NCBI GenBank assembly: GCA_965217035.1
Contig: OZ244226.1
Coordinates: 1,718,146-1,782,145 of the forward strand
DNA length: 64,000 nt
From: Bacteriovoracaceae bacterium
GTDB taxonomy: Bacteria; Bdellovibrionota; Bacteriovoracia; Bacteriovoracales; Bacteriovoracaceae
Direction: 5' to 3'
Position numbers and translations under genes: made by a program. Below the pieces are notes generated by a model. The model was not told the origin of the DNA. It ran no database searches and saw only the letters and a program-made list of their open reading frames with translations. Of this stretch, positions 47,401-62,400 are shown in pieces (the stretch's first letter is position 1; each line of letters opens with the position of its first letter).

Positions 47401-50400
47401 TCCTGCTTCGAATCCAACAAATGCGACTTCTGTTGAGTTTACTGTAACCTTTGATGAAGATATTGCGGCACTTGTCACAGGTGACTTCGTTGCTACTGTC
47501 GTCGGATCAGGGACTCCGACAATTACAAGTGTTACTGGTGGACCTATTATCTGGACGGTTGCTGTCGGAGTTACAGGTATTGTTGGTGATGTAGGACTTA
47601 ATTTAAATGATCTTGATAATACAGTTGTTGATGTTCAAGCGAATGCAGCAAATCCTAATACGCATACTTCAGATGAGCTTTGGACAATTGATAATCAAGG
47701 ACCACAGGTTCTAAGTATTAATAGAGGAACAAGTCCAGCTGCTAATCCTACAAATATTACGACTATTGAATTTGATGTCACTTTTGACGAGATTGTCTCA
47801 ACTGTCGTTGCAGCTGATTTTAATTTAACAAATACAGGTTCTGGAGCTCCTATTATTACGGGTGTTTCTGGAACAGGAGCAACTCGAACAGTTACAGTTG
47901 ATGTGACTAATGTTGATGGAGATATCGGTTTAGATCTTAATGATGTCGATAGTTCGATTGTTGATGCTTATTCAAATGCAATTAGTCCTAATACAAGAAT
48001 TGCAGATCAATTATGGACAGTTGATACAGTTATTCCTTCTGTCACTTCTATTAATAGAGGAACAAATCCAGTAGCTAATCCTACAAATGCGGTCACTGTA
48101 GAGTTTGATATTACATTCTCTGAAAATGTGAATCCTGTTGCTCTTACTGACTTTACTTTAACAAATACTGGAACAGGAACACCGACAATGACGGCGATTT
48201 CTGGAACAGGATCAACTCGAACAGTTACAGTTGATGTTACGGGAGTTGATGGTGATATTGGTCTTAATTTTAATGACGCTGATAATACAATCTTAGATGT
48301 TCTAGCGAATGCAGTCTCTCCAAATACGAGAACTTCAGATCAGGTTTGGACAGTTGATAGTATTGCTCCTCAAGTTGTCACGATAAACAGAGGAACTTCT
48401 CCTGGTGTGAATCCAACCAATGCAACCTCTGTTGAATTTAACGTCACGTTTACTGAAGATATTGCACCTCTTGTGGCCGGTGACTTTCTCGCTACTGTTG
48501 TTGGTTCTGGTACTCCATCTGTAACGACTGTTGCTGGAGGACCGACGAATTGGACAATTACTGTTGATGTAACAGGAGTTGTTGGAGATGTAGGGCTTGA
48601 TCTTAATGATCTCGATGGTACAGTTCTCGACCTTGCTAGTAATCAAATTAATCCAAATACGCATCCAACTGATCAAACTTGGACGATTGATAATCAAGGA
48701 CCACAGGTTCTAAGTATTAATAGAGGTTCTAGTCCAGCTACAAATCCGACGAATGCAACTTCAGTTGAATTCACTGTTACTTTTGATGAAATTGTCACGA
48801 CAGTTGTGGCGGCTGACTTTAATGTTACAAATACCGGTGTTGGATCTCCAACAGTAAGTTCTGTTTCTGGTTCAGGAACAACGAGAACGGTTACAGTTGA
48901 TACCACTAATGTTGATGGAGATGTAGGTCTTAATCTTAACGATGTTGATAGTTCTATCGTTGATGCATTCTCGAACCCAATCAGTCCAAATACTCGAACT
49001 TCAGATCAAGTTTGGTCAGTCGATGCCGTTGCAGCTTCTGTCACTTCAATTAATAGAGGAACTTTCCCAGTCGCTAATCCAACGAATTCGAACTCGGTTC
49101 AATTTGTTGTTACGTTCTCAGAGTCTGTTAATCCTGTTGTCGCAGGAGATTTTATTACGACAAACACAGGAGCAGGGCCAGCGACTCCAGCAATTACTCT
49201 TGTTTCTGGTGGTGGAACAACTTGGACTGTCACAGTTGATACAACGGGTGTTGATGGTGATATCGGACTTAACTTAAACGATCTTGATAATACAATTCTT
49301 GATAACCAGTCGAATGCTGTGACTCCAAATACAAGAACTTCTGATCAGCTTTGGACTGTTGATAGTATCGATCCTCAACTTCTTACGATTGTTAGAGGGA
49401 CGACTCCTGCAGTTAATCCAACCAATGCAACTTCGATTGAGTTCTTCGTTACTTTCGATGAAGACATCGCTGGTCTTGTCGCTGGTGATTTTGCAGTAAC
49501 GAATACAGGTATTGGTGCTCCAGCAATTACAGGTATTGCAGGTGGTCCAACGATTTGGACGGTAACAGTTGATTCTACTTTAGTTGAAGGGGATGTAGGA
49601 CTTGATCTTGCTGACCTTGATAATACAGTGCTTGATTTACAAGGAAACTCTGTAAATCCTAATACTCATACGAGTGACGAACTTTGGACGGTCAATGGAA
49701 TTGGACCGACGATAGTCGATATCAGGAGAGGGACCTCTCCGGGAAGTAACCCAACCAATGCAACTTCGGTTGAGTTTGATGTTACTTTCAATGAAGATAT
49801 CGCAGGAGGTTCGGTTGCGGCCTCTGATTTCACTTTCTCGACTATTAGCGGTACGTTTACGACTTCAAACATTACAGGGATTTCAACAACAGGAGCAGTG
49901 GTCACGGTTACTGCGAATCTCGTAGGTAACGGAGAGATCAGACTTGATCTTGCAGATGGTGACCAAACAATTACTGATACATTTGGTAATGCTAACCAAT
50001 CAACTGCTCATGTTGGTGATGAAACTTATACAGTTGATCAAGATGCTCCAAGTATAACAACAATTAATAGAGGTTCGGTCCCTGGTATCACGCCAACGAA
50101 TGCAACAACAATTGAATTTGATGTTACTTTCGATGAACCGGTTCTTGGAGTCGCAGCTTCTGACTTTGTTTTCACTTTAAATTCAGGTGGTGTTACTGGG
50201 TCGATCTCGAATGTTACGGGTAGTGGTACGGCTTGGACTGTTGAAGTGAATACAGTTTCAGGAACAGGTAATGTTCAACTTGATTTAAATGATAGCGATA
50301 ACTCGATTACAGATTTAGTTGGAAATTCAATTGCTCCAAATACTCATGCCGGTGACCAAACTTATGATATTGATCAGACTGCTCCAAGTATTACAAGCAT

Positions 50401-53400
50401 TACTCGCGGAACAACACCAGGTGTGAATCCAACAAATGCAGCAAGCTTAGAATATGATGTGAGTTTCTCTGAAGATGTCACAGCACTTGTTTCTGGAGAT
50501 TTTGTTGTGACAACTGTGAGTGGTACAGCAACGGCTTCGGTTGGATCAATTACCGGTGGACCTCAGAACTGGGTTGTTACTCTTGTTGCTGTTTCAGGTG
50601 ATGGAAACTTAAGACTTGATTTTAATGATGGTGATGGAACTGTTGTTGATCCATCAACAAATCCAGCAAATCCTAATACTTTTATTACGGGTGATACTTA
50701 TACTCTTGATAACTCAGGACCTGATGTTCTAACCATTAATAGAGGATCAACTCCAGCAGTTAATCCAACTTCAGCAACAACAATTGAGTTTGATGTAACC
50801 TTTGATCAAAACGTAGCAACGGCTGTTGTCACAGGTGATTTCCTTCCAACAGTTGTTGGAACGGGAACTCCGACTATTGCTGGTGTTTCGGGTGGACCAC
50901 TTGTTTATACAGTAAGTGTTGATGTTACGGGTGTTAATGGAGATGTCGGGCTCGATCTTTCTGATCTTGATGGAACAATTCAAGATGCTCTTGGAAACCC
51001 AAGTAATCCTAGCACGCATGTTTCTGATCAGACATGGCAGGTTGATACATTAGGACCACAAATTGTAACGATTAATAGAGGAACAACTCCTGCTGCAAAT
51101 CCAACGAATGCAAACTCAGTTGAATTCGTTGTGACGTTTGATGAGGCCGTTATCACTGTTGTTCCAGCAGACTTTGTGACAACAAACTCTGGAGTTGGTG
51201 GGGCGCCTCCAATTACAGGAGTTTCAGGTTCAGGAACAACTAGAACAGTAACGGTCGATGTTACTGGAGTTGATGGAAATGTTGGTCTTAACCTTAATGA
51301 TGCAGATAATACAATTGCAGATAGTTTTGGAAATGTAGCCAGTCCAAATACTCATACTTCTGATGAGTTCTGGACAGTTGATAGTGTTCGTCCTCAGGTT
51401 ACAACGATTAATAGGGGTGCTGTTCCTGGTGTCAATCCAACCAATTCAAACTCTGTTCAATTTGATGTCACTTTTAATGAAGCCGTCATTACAGTTGTTG
51501 CAGGTGATTTTACTGTGACGAATACTGGAACGGGAGGAGTTCCTCCAATTACTGGTGTTTCTGGAGGCGGTACTTCATGGACAGTGACAGTTGATACGAC
51601 AGCTGTTGATGGTGATATCGGACTTGATCTTGCTGACTTCGATAATACGATCCAAGATGCTAATGGAAATGCGGTAAATCCAAGTGCTCATACATCTGAC
51701 CAGCTTTGGACAGTTGACTCTGTTATTCCAAGTGTTGTTTCTATTAATAGAGGAACAACTCCAGCTGCAAACCCTACGAATGCGGCTTCAGTTGAATTCG
51801 ATGTTCAATTTAGTGAAAATGTTGTTGCTGTTGTTGCAGGTGATTTTATTTTATCAAATACAGGAACGGGTTCTCCTTCTATTACAACTGTAGCAGGTGG
51901 ACCGATCGTTTGGACAGTCACAGTTAATACAACTGGAGTTAATGGAGATGTTGGGCTTGATCTCAATGATCTTGATGGATCAATTGTAGATGGTCAGTCT
52001 AACCCGGTAACTCCGAATACAAGAACATCTGATCAAGTTTGGTCAATTGATAATGATGCTCCAAGTGTTCTTACGATTAATAGAGGATCAAATCCAGCAA
52101 CGAATCCATCAAATGCGACTTCGGTTGAGTTCCTTGTCACTTTTGATGAGACAGTCATTAATGTTGTTGCAGGTGATTTTGCTGCTACAAATACAGGAGT
52201 TGGAACTCCAACAGTAACAACAGTTACTGGTTCAGGATCGACAAGAACTGTAACTGTTGATGTGACGAATGTAGATGGAGATATTGGACTTGACCTTAAT
52301 GACCTCGATAGTTCTATTACAGATTCGTTAACAAATGCAATTGTTCCGAATACTCATAGTTCAGATCAAGCTTGGACAATCGATAATATTGCTCCAAATA
52401 TCGTAACAATTAATAGAGGAACCGTTCCAGCAGTTAATCCGACCAATGCTTCAAGTGTCCAGTTTGTTGTAACTTTCTCTGAGGCCGTAAGTACTGTTGC
52501 GAATAATGACTTTAATGTTACGAATACAGGTATCGGAACTCCAAGCGTTACTTCTGTTTCCGGTGCAGGAACGACAAGAACAGTAACAGTTGATGTTACT
52601 GGAGTAGATGGGAATGTTGGTCTTGATCTTAATGATGCTGATAGTTCAATTGTTGATCTTCAAGCAAACGTCATCAATCCTAACCTTCAAGTGGGTGATC
52701 AGGAATGGACCGTTGATGATTTTAGTCCAAATGTATTGTCGATTAATAGAGGAACAACTCCAGGTTCTAATCCAACGAATGCAACTACGGTAGAGTTTGA
52801 TGTTACATTCTCTGAGTCTGTCGTTGCTGTTGTCGCTGGTGACTTTGTCACTACGAATACAGGTTCAGGAACACCTTCTATTACTGGTGTCGCTGGTGGA
52901 CCAACAGTTTGGACTGTTACCGTTGATACAACGGCTGTTATTGGAGATGTTGGTCTTGATCTTAATGATCTTGATGGCTCGATTCAAGATGCCGCAGGAA
53001 ATGTAACGACTCCAAATACAAGAACTTCAGATCAGGCTTGGACGATTGACAATGATTCTCCAAGTGTTGTTTCTATTAATAGAGGAACAGTCCCTGTTGC
53101 TAACCCAACAAATGTTACTTCTGTAGAATATGTGGTGACTTTTGATGAATCAGTGATCAATGCAACTATTGGAGATTTTGCAGCCGTTGTTACTGGAACT
53201 GGTACTGCTTCAGTAACTGGTATTTCAGGTTCAGGAGCGACTCGAACAGTTACAGTTGATGTTAGTGCAGTTGATGGTACGGTAAGACTTGATCTTGCTG
53301 ATGGTGATAGTTCGATTACAGATAATTTAACGAACCCTATTGTCCCGAACACTTATACAGGTGATCAAGAATGGACCGTCGATAATATTAATCCTCAATT

Positions 53401-56400
53401 AACTTCTATTAATAGAGGATCGGTTCCAGCTGCGGATCCAACTAATGCTTCAAGTGTTCAATTTGATTTAACTTTTGATGAAACAGTCTTGGCCGTTGTT
53501 GCTGCAGATTTTACAGTAACAAACTCTGGATCAGGTGGAACTCCAACGATTTCAACGATTACTGGAACGGGGACTTCATGGACTGTCACAGTAGACGTTA
53601 CAGGTATTGATGGTGCTGTTGGCCTCGATCTTAATGATTTAGATGGAACAATTCAAGATACTTTAACGAATCCGGTTTCTCCGAATACAAGAACTTCAGA
53701 CCAGACATGGACTGTCGATAGTATTGCACCAACTGTTGTTACAATTAATAGAGGAACGACTCCAGCAACCAATCCTACAAATCTTGCTTCAGTAGAGTTT
53801 GATGTTACATTCTCTGAAGCAGTTACAACTGTTGTGACTGGTGACTTTTTACTAACAAATACTGGTACAGGAGTTCCAAGCTTTACAAGCATTGCTGGTG
53901 CGGGAACTTCGTGGACAGTAACAGTTAATACAACAGGTGTTGATGGAGATGTTGGTCTTGATTTCAACGATCTTGATGGAACAGTTCAAGATGTTCTTCT
54001 CAATCCTGTTTCTCCGAATACGCATACAAGTGATCAAACTTGGACAGTTGATAATATTGCTCCTTCTGTAACAACTATTAATAGAGGGACAACTCCGGCG
54101 GTCAATCCAACTGGTGCTTCTTCTGTAGAATTCTTAGTAACTTTTGATGAATCAGTTATTAATGTCACAACAGCTGACTTCACTGGAACTAATACAGGAA
54201 CGGGTGGTGTCCCAACTGTTTCAAGTGTTGCCGGTACGGGAGCAACAAGAACAGTCACAGTTGATGTTACTGGCATTGATGGAGATGTTGGACTTAACTT
54301 AACTGACGGCGATTCATCAATTACAGATTTATTAACGACGGCAATCAATCCAAACACTCATACTTCAGATCAACTTTGGAGTGTTGATAACGATGCCCCA
54401 AGTTTAACTTCAATTAATCGTGGAACAGTTCCAGTGGCTGATCCTACGAATGCAACAAGTGTTCAGTTTGCTCTGACTTTTGATGAGGCGGTTGCAACTG
54501 TTGTTGCTGCGGATTTTGCGACTACAAATTCTGGAGCAGGGCCTGCAAATCCTTCAATTACAGGAGTCTCAGGTTCAGGAACTTCTTGGACTGTGACTGT
54601 TGATACAACAGGTATTGATGGTGCTGTTGGTCTCGATCTTAATGATGCTGATAATACAATTCTTGATCTACAAGGAAATGCATTAAGTCCTAATACAAGA
54701 ACTTCAGATCAAACTTGGACTGTTGATAGTATCGCTCCAACAGTGACTTCAATTGTAAGAGGTTCGACTCCAGCAGTTAATCCGACGAATTCAACTTCAA
54801 TTGAATTTACAGTAACATTTTCTGAAGATGTTGGAGCTCCTGTCGCTGGTGATTTTGCTGTAACAAATACTGGTGTTGGTGCACCAAGTGTTACAAGTGT
54901 TGCAGGTGGGCCGTCAGTTTATACGGTCACAGTCAATTCAACTAATGTTGAAGGAGATGTAGGTCTTGATTTAAATGATTTAGATAATAGTATTCTTGAT
55001 TTACAAAATAACGCTGTTTCGCCAAATACTCATGCGAGTGACGAAACTTGGACGGTCAATGGAATTGGACCGACGATAGTCGATATCAGGAGAGGAACAT
55101 CTCCAGGATCGAATCCTACGAATGCAACTTCGGTTGAATGGGATGTGATTTTCAATGAAGATATCGCAGGGGGAAGCGTAGCCGCGACCGACTTCTCTTT
55201 CTCGACAATTAGCGGTACGTTTACGACAACGAATATTACAGGGATTTCAACAACAGGGGCAGTGGTCACAGTTACTGCAAATATAGTGGGTAATGGTGAA
55301 TTAAGACTTGATCTTGCTGACGGAGATCAAACAATTACTGACCTTTTTGGAAATGCAAACCAGTCAACAGTTCATGTTGGTGATGAAACTTATACTTTTG
55401 ATCAAGATGCTCCAAGTGTAACTTCAATTAATAGGGGTTCTGTCCCTGGGATTACTCCTACGAACGCAACTTCTTTAGAGTTTGATGTCACATTTGATGA
55501 GCCTGTTGTTGGAGTGACAACGGCTGACTTTGTTTTCACTTTAAACTCAGGTGGTGTCACAGGAACAGTTTCTTCTGTAACGGGAGCTGGAACAGCTTGG
55601 ACTGTCACAGTAAGTTCTGTCTCTGGAACGGGGAATGTCCAACTCGATTTTAATGATGGTGATAATACAATTACTGATTTAGTTGGGAACACTGTTTCTC
55701 CAAATACAAGAGCTGGTGATCAAGCGTTTGATGTCGATCAAACTGATCCGTTTGTCGTTTCTATTAATAGAGGAGCGACTCCAGGGGTTAACCCAACGAA
55801 TGCAAGTACATTAGAATACGATGTCACGTTCAATGAAGATGTAATTGGTCTCGCAACTTCAGATTTCCTTGTGACAACTGTAAGTGGAACGGCAACGGCA
55901 ACAGTAGGAACTGTTTCAGGTGGACCATCAGTCTGGACTGTGACTCTGACTGGAGCGACAGGCGATGCTGACTTAAGACTTGATTTTAATGATGCTGATA
56001 ACTCAGTTCTCGATAGCTCAAGTAATGCTGCTAATCCTTCAACTTATAATAGTGGTCAAACTTATACTCTTGATAACACTGGACCTGCTGTTCTCTCTAT
56101 TAATAGAGGTTCAACTCCAGCTGCGAATCCAACTTCAGCAACTTCTGTTGAGTTCGATGTTACGTTTGATGCGAATGTTGCTACAGCTGTTGTCGTGGGG
56201 GATTTTGTTGCAACGATTGCAGGAACAGGAACACCAGTAATTACGGGTGTAACTGGTGGACCTGTTGTTTATACAGTAACTGTTGATACAACGGGTGTTA
56301 ATGGTGATGTGGGACTTGATCTAAATGATCTCGATGGAACAATTCAAGATGCCTTAGGAAATGCAGTAAGCCCTAATACAAGAACTTCTGATCAACTTTG

Positions 56401-59400
56401 GTCTGTTGATACTCTTGGACCACAAATTGTGACTATTAATAGAGGAACTATTCCAGCAGCGAATCCAACGAATGCAACTTCTGTTGAGTTTGTGGTTACT
56501 TTTGACGAGTCTGTAGGAGCTGTTGTTACTGGAGACTTTGCCACGACAAATTCTGGAACAGGAACACCGACTGTTTCTGGAGTTTCTGGTTCAGGTGCGA
56601 CGAGAACTGTAACGGTTGATGTTACTGGAGTTGATGGTAATGTTGGTCTTAACTTAAATGATACAGATAATACAATTACAGATGGTTTTGGAAACATTAT
56701 TTCTCCAAATACTCATACTTCAGATCAATTATGGACTATCGATAATATTGCGCCTGCAGTGACTACTATTAACAGAGGATCTGTTCCAGGTGCTGATCCA
56801 ACAAATGCAACATCTGTTCAGTTTGATGTCACTTTTAACGAGGCTGTTGTTGCTGTTGTTGCGGCTGACTTTACGGTCACGAACTCTGGAACTGGAGGAG
56901 TTCCGGCAATTACAAGTGTTACAGGCGGTGGTACTTCATGGACTGTAACAGTCGATACGACAGCAGTTGATGGACAAATTGGTCTCGATCTTGCTGATTT
57001 TGATAATACAATTCAAGATTCTGAATCTAATGCAGTTAATCCTAGCGCTCATGCTTCTGATCAAGTTTGGACAGTTGATAGTGTAATTCCGACAGTGGTG
57101 TCTATCAATAGAGGATCAAGTCCTGCTGCAAACCCTACCAATTCAGCTTCAGTTGAATTCGATGTTCAGTTTAGTGAATCAGTTGGAACGGTCGTAGCGG
57201 GTGATTTTATTCTTACAAATTCAGGGACTGGTTCTCCTGGAATCACAAGTGTTGCAGGTGGTCCAATTGTTTGGACAGTTACAGTTAACACTACAGGAGT
57301 TAACGGAGATGTTGGCCTTGATCTTAACGATCTTGATGGGTCGATTGTAGATGGTCAGTCAAATGCAGTGACTCCAAATACTCATGTTTCAGATCAAGCT
57401 TGGACAATTGATAATGATGCTCCAAGTATTCTTACTATTAATAGAGGATCAAATCCTGCGACAAACCCTTCAAATGCAACTTCTGTCGAATTTCTTGTCA
57501 CTTTTGATGAGACAGTCATTAATGTTGTTGCTGGAGATTTCACTCCTTCGAATACTGGAACTGGAACTCCTTCAATCACAAGCGTAACAGGAAGTGGTGC
57601 GACGAGAACAGTTACAGTCAATGTTGCTGGAGTTGATGGAGATGTTGGTTTAGATCTTACAGATGGTGATAGTTCAATTACGGATTCTTTAACAAACCCA
57701 ATTAATCCTAATACTCATATTTCAGACCAAACATGGTCAATTGATAATATTGCTCCGAGTGTAACTTCGATAAATAGAGGAACAGTCCCAGCTTCGAACC
57801 CGACAAACGTTTCGACAGTTGAATTTCTCGTCACTTTCAGTGAGTCTGTCGTTACTGTTGATGCGACTGATTTTACATTAACGAATACAGGAGTAGGAAC
57901 ACCAACAATTAATTCTGTTACAGGTGTTGGTGCAACAAGAACAGTTGAAGTTAATGTTGCTGGTGTTGATGGTGATGTTGGACTGAACTTAACTGATTCA
58001 AATTCATCGATTGCTGATGCTCAAGCCAATGTTATTAATCCAAATTTAAGAACTTCAGATCAAACTTGGACAGTTGATGCCTTTGCTCCGACTGTTTCGA
58101 CGATTAATAGAGGATCTGCTCCAGCAGGTAACCCAACAAATGCGACGAGTGTTGAATTTGACGTTACATTTAATGAAGCGGTTGTTGCCGTTGTAACAAG
58201 TGACTTTGTTGCGACTAATACTGGAACTGGATCACCATCTATTACAGGCATTGCTGGTGGTCCAACGGTTTGGACACTTACTGTTGATACAACAGGTGTT
58301 ATTGGTGATGTTGGATTAAACCTAAATGATCTTGATAGTACTATCCAAGATGCTGCAGGAAATGCTGTTGCCCCTAATACTCAGACAGGCGATCAAGTTT
58401 GGACAATTGATAACGATAACCCAAGTGTAACTTCTATTGTAAGAGGAGCAACTCCAGGGGCCAATCCTACAAATGCAACGTCTGTTGAATACGATGTTAC
58501 ATTTGATGAAGCCGTTATTAATGTAACAACGGGTGATTTTGCAGCAGTTGTTACAGGAACTGGAACGGCATCAGTAACAAGTGTTAGTGGTTCAGGAACA
58601 ACTCGAACAGTTACAGTTGATGTTAGTGCAGTTGATGGTAATGTAAGACTTGATCTTGCTGATAGTGATAGTTCAATCACGGATAATTTAACAAATGTTA
58701 TTGTTCCGAACACTTATACTGGTGATCAGGAATGGACAGTTGATAATATTGCTCCTCAGTTAACTGCCATTAATAGAGGAACTGTTCCGGCAGCGAATCC
58801 AACGAATGCTTCAAGTGTTCAATTTGATTTAACTTTTGATGAAGCGGTTGTTGCGATTGTAGCGGCTGATTTTAATTTAACTAATACAGGTGCTGGAACT
58901 CCTTCAGTTTCAGGTGTTTCTGGTTCAGGAACTTCATGGACAATTACAGTCGACGTGACAAATGTTGATGGTGATGTAGGACTTGATTTCAATGACCTTG
59001 ATGGAACTGTTCAAGATACATTAAATAATGCAGTTTCTCCGAATACGAGAACTTCAGATCAAGCTTGGACTATTGATAGTGTTGCTCCGAGTGTGACTTC
59101 TATTAATAGAGGATCTACTCCAGCTGCGAATCCAACGAATGCAACTTCAGTAGAATTTGCAGTTACTTTTTCTGAATCTGTAACAACTGTTGTTGCTGGA
59201 GATTTCTTACCTACAAATACTGGTTCTGGTGTTCCTAGTATTACTGGTGTTGCTGGATCAGGCGCGAACTGGACAGTCACAGTTGGTGTTACAGGAGTTG
59301 ATGGAGATGTTGGTCTTGATCTTAATGATCTTGATGGAACGATTCAAGATGCCAGTTTAAATGCTGTTTCTCCTAATACAAGAACTTCAGATGAACTTTG

Positions 59401-62400
59401 GACTGTTGATAATATTGCTCCTTCTGTAACGACTATTAACAGAGGTTCTAATCCAGCGACGAATCCTACTGGGGCTGGAGCTGTAGAATTCTTGGTAACT
59501 TTTGATGAATCAGTGATCAACGTTACGACTGCTGACTTTACGGCAACAAATACAGGAACGGGTGGTGTTCCTCCTGTTACTCTTGTTGCTGGTACGGGAA
59601 CAACAAGAACAGTTACAGTTGATGTGACGGGCATTGATGGAGATGTTGGACTTAACTTAACTGACGGCGATTCATCAATTACAGACTTATTAACAACAGC
59701 AATCAATCCAAACACTCATACTTCAGATCAACTTTGGAGTGTTGATAATGATGCTCCAAGTTTGACGTCCATTAATAGGGGAACGGTTCCAGTTGCTGAT
59801 CCTACGAATGCAACAAGTGTTCAGTTCGCTCTAACTTTTGATGAGGCTGTGACTCCAGTTGTAGCAACGGACTTTGTGACTACAAATTCTGGAACAGGTC
59901 CGACAAATCCAGCGATCACTGCGGTTTCAGGTTCAGGAACTTCTTGGACTGTGACTGTTGATACAACAGGTGTTGATGGTGCTGTTGGTCTCGATCTTAA
60001 TGATGCTGATAATACAATTCTTGATCTACAAGGAAATGCATTAAGTCCAAGCACAAGAACTTCAGATCAGACTTGGACAGTTGATAGTATCGCTCCAAAT
60101 GTAACTTCTATTAATAGAGGTTCTACTCCAGCAGTTAATCCGACGAATTCAACTTCAATTGAATTTACAGTAACATTTTCTGAAGATGTTGGAACGGTTG
60201 CAGCGAGTGATTTTTCTGTAACAAATACTGGTGTTGGTGCACCAAGTGTTACAAGTGTTGCAGGTGGGCCGTCAGTTTATACGGTCACAGTCAATTCAAC
60301 TAATGTTGAAGGAGATGTTGGTCTTGATTTAAATGATTTAGATAATAGTATTCTTGATTTACAAAACAATGCAATATCACCAAACACTCAAGTAGGTGAT
60401 CAAACTTGGACGGTCAATGGAATTGGACCGACGATAGTCGATATCAGGAGAGGACCATCTCCGGGTAGCAACCCAACCAACGCTACAAGTGTTGAGTTCA
60501 ATGTTACTTTTAATGAAGATATCGCAGGGGGAAGCGTAGCCGCGACCGACTTCTCTTTCTCAACAATTAGCGGTACGTTTACGACAACGAATATTACAGG
60601 GATTTCAACAACGAACAACGTGATTACGGTTACAGCGAATATCGTTGGTAATGGTGTCTTGAGATTAGATCTTGCTGATGGTGATCAGACAATCACAGAT
60701 ACTTTTGGAAATGCAAACCAGTCAACAGCTCATGTTGGTGATGAAACTTATACTTTCGATCAAGACAATCCAAGTGTTGCTACAATAAATCGAGGAACAA
60801 CTCCAGGAGTCAACCCAACGGCAGCAACAACGCTTGAGTTTGACGTGACTTTCGATGAACCAGTCCTTGGTGTAGCAACATCTGACTTTGTTTTTACTCT
60901 AAACTCTGGTGCTGTTACGGGATCTGTTGCTTCAGTTTCAGGTTCAGGAACAGCATGGACTGTCACTGTTAATACAGTTGCAGGAACTGGTAATGTTCAA
61001 CTTGATCTTAATGATGGTGATAATTCTATTACTGACCTCTATGGAAACACGATGAGTCCTAATACTCATAGTGGTGATCAGGCGTACGATGTGGATCAAA
61101 CAGCTCCAAGTATTACAACTATAAATAGAGGAACTTCTCCAGGAGTGAACCCTACTAATTCAGGAACTCTTGAATACGATATTACGTTCAATGAAGATGT
61201 TACGGGCCTTGCAACTGCAGATTTCCTTGTGACAACTGTTAGTGGAACAGCAACGGCAGCTGTTGGTGCTGTTTCAGGTGGACCATCAGTCTGGACTGTG
61301 ACTCTAACTGGAGCAACGGGTGATGGTGATTTAAGACTTGATTTTAATGATGCTGATAATAGTGTTCTTGATAATTCGAATAATGCTGTTAATCCTGCAA
61401 CATTTAGTACAGGGCAAACTTATACTCTTGATAACTCTGGGCCAGCGGTGCTTTCAATCAATCGAGGATCGACTCCTGCTGCTAACCCAACAGCAGCCGC
61501 GGCAGTTGAGTTTGATGTTACTTTCGATGCAGCTGTAGGAACAACTGTTGTCGCAGCTGATTTTACTCCAACAATTGTTGGTACTGGAACACCAACTGTA
61601 ACAAGTATTTCAGGTGGACCAGTTGTTTGGACAGTAACAGTTAATACAACAGGAGTTAACGGTGATGTTGGACTTGATCTTTCTGATCTTGATGGAACAA
61701 TTCAAGATGCCTTAGGAAATGCAGCAAGTCCTAATACAAGAACTTCTGACGAGCTTTGGTCTGTTGATACTCTTGGACCGCAGGTTGCTACGATTAATAG
61801 AGGAGCTGTTCCGGCAGCGAATCCAACGAATGCAACTTCCGTTGAGTTTGTGGTTACTTTTGACGAATCAGTTAACACTGTCGTGACTGGAGACTTTGCG
61901 GCAACTGTCACTGGTACAGGAACACCGACTGTTTCTGGAATTTCTGGTACAGGTGCAACGAGGACAGTAACTGTCGATACTACAGGTGTTGATGGAACAG
62001 TTGGACTTAACTTAAATGATACAGATAATACAATTACGGATGCATTTTTAAATGTTATCAATCCAAACACTCATACTTCAGATGAATTCTGGACTGTTGA
62101 TAGTATTGCCCCTGGACTTACTTCTATTAATAGAGGATCAGTTCCAGCTGCAGACCCAACAAATGCAACGAGTGTTCAATTTGCTGTTACTTTTGATGAA
62201 GCAGTTGTTGCCGTGGTTGCAGGTGACTTTGATGTTACGAATACAGGATCAGGGTCTCCATCGATTTCAGGTGTTACTGGTGGTGGTACTTCATGGACTG
62301 TAACAGTCAATACAACAGCTACAGATGGTGTCGTAGGACTTGACCTAGCAGACTTCGATAATACGATTCAAGATTCAGCTGGAAATGCTGTTAATCCAAA

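Noticed and set aside
49722..49740. Internal AGGAGAGG as a ribosome-binding site for an internal restart
   Set aside because: No start codon at suitable spacing in any of the three copies.
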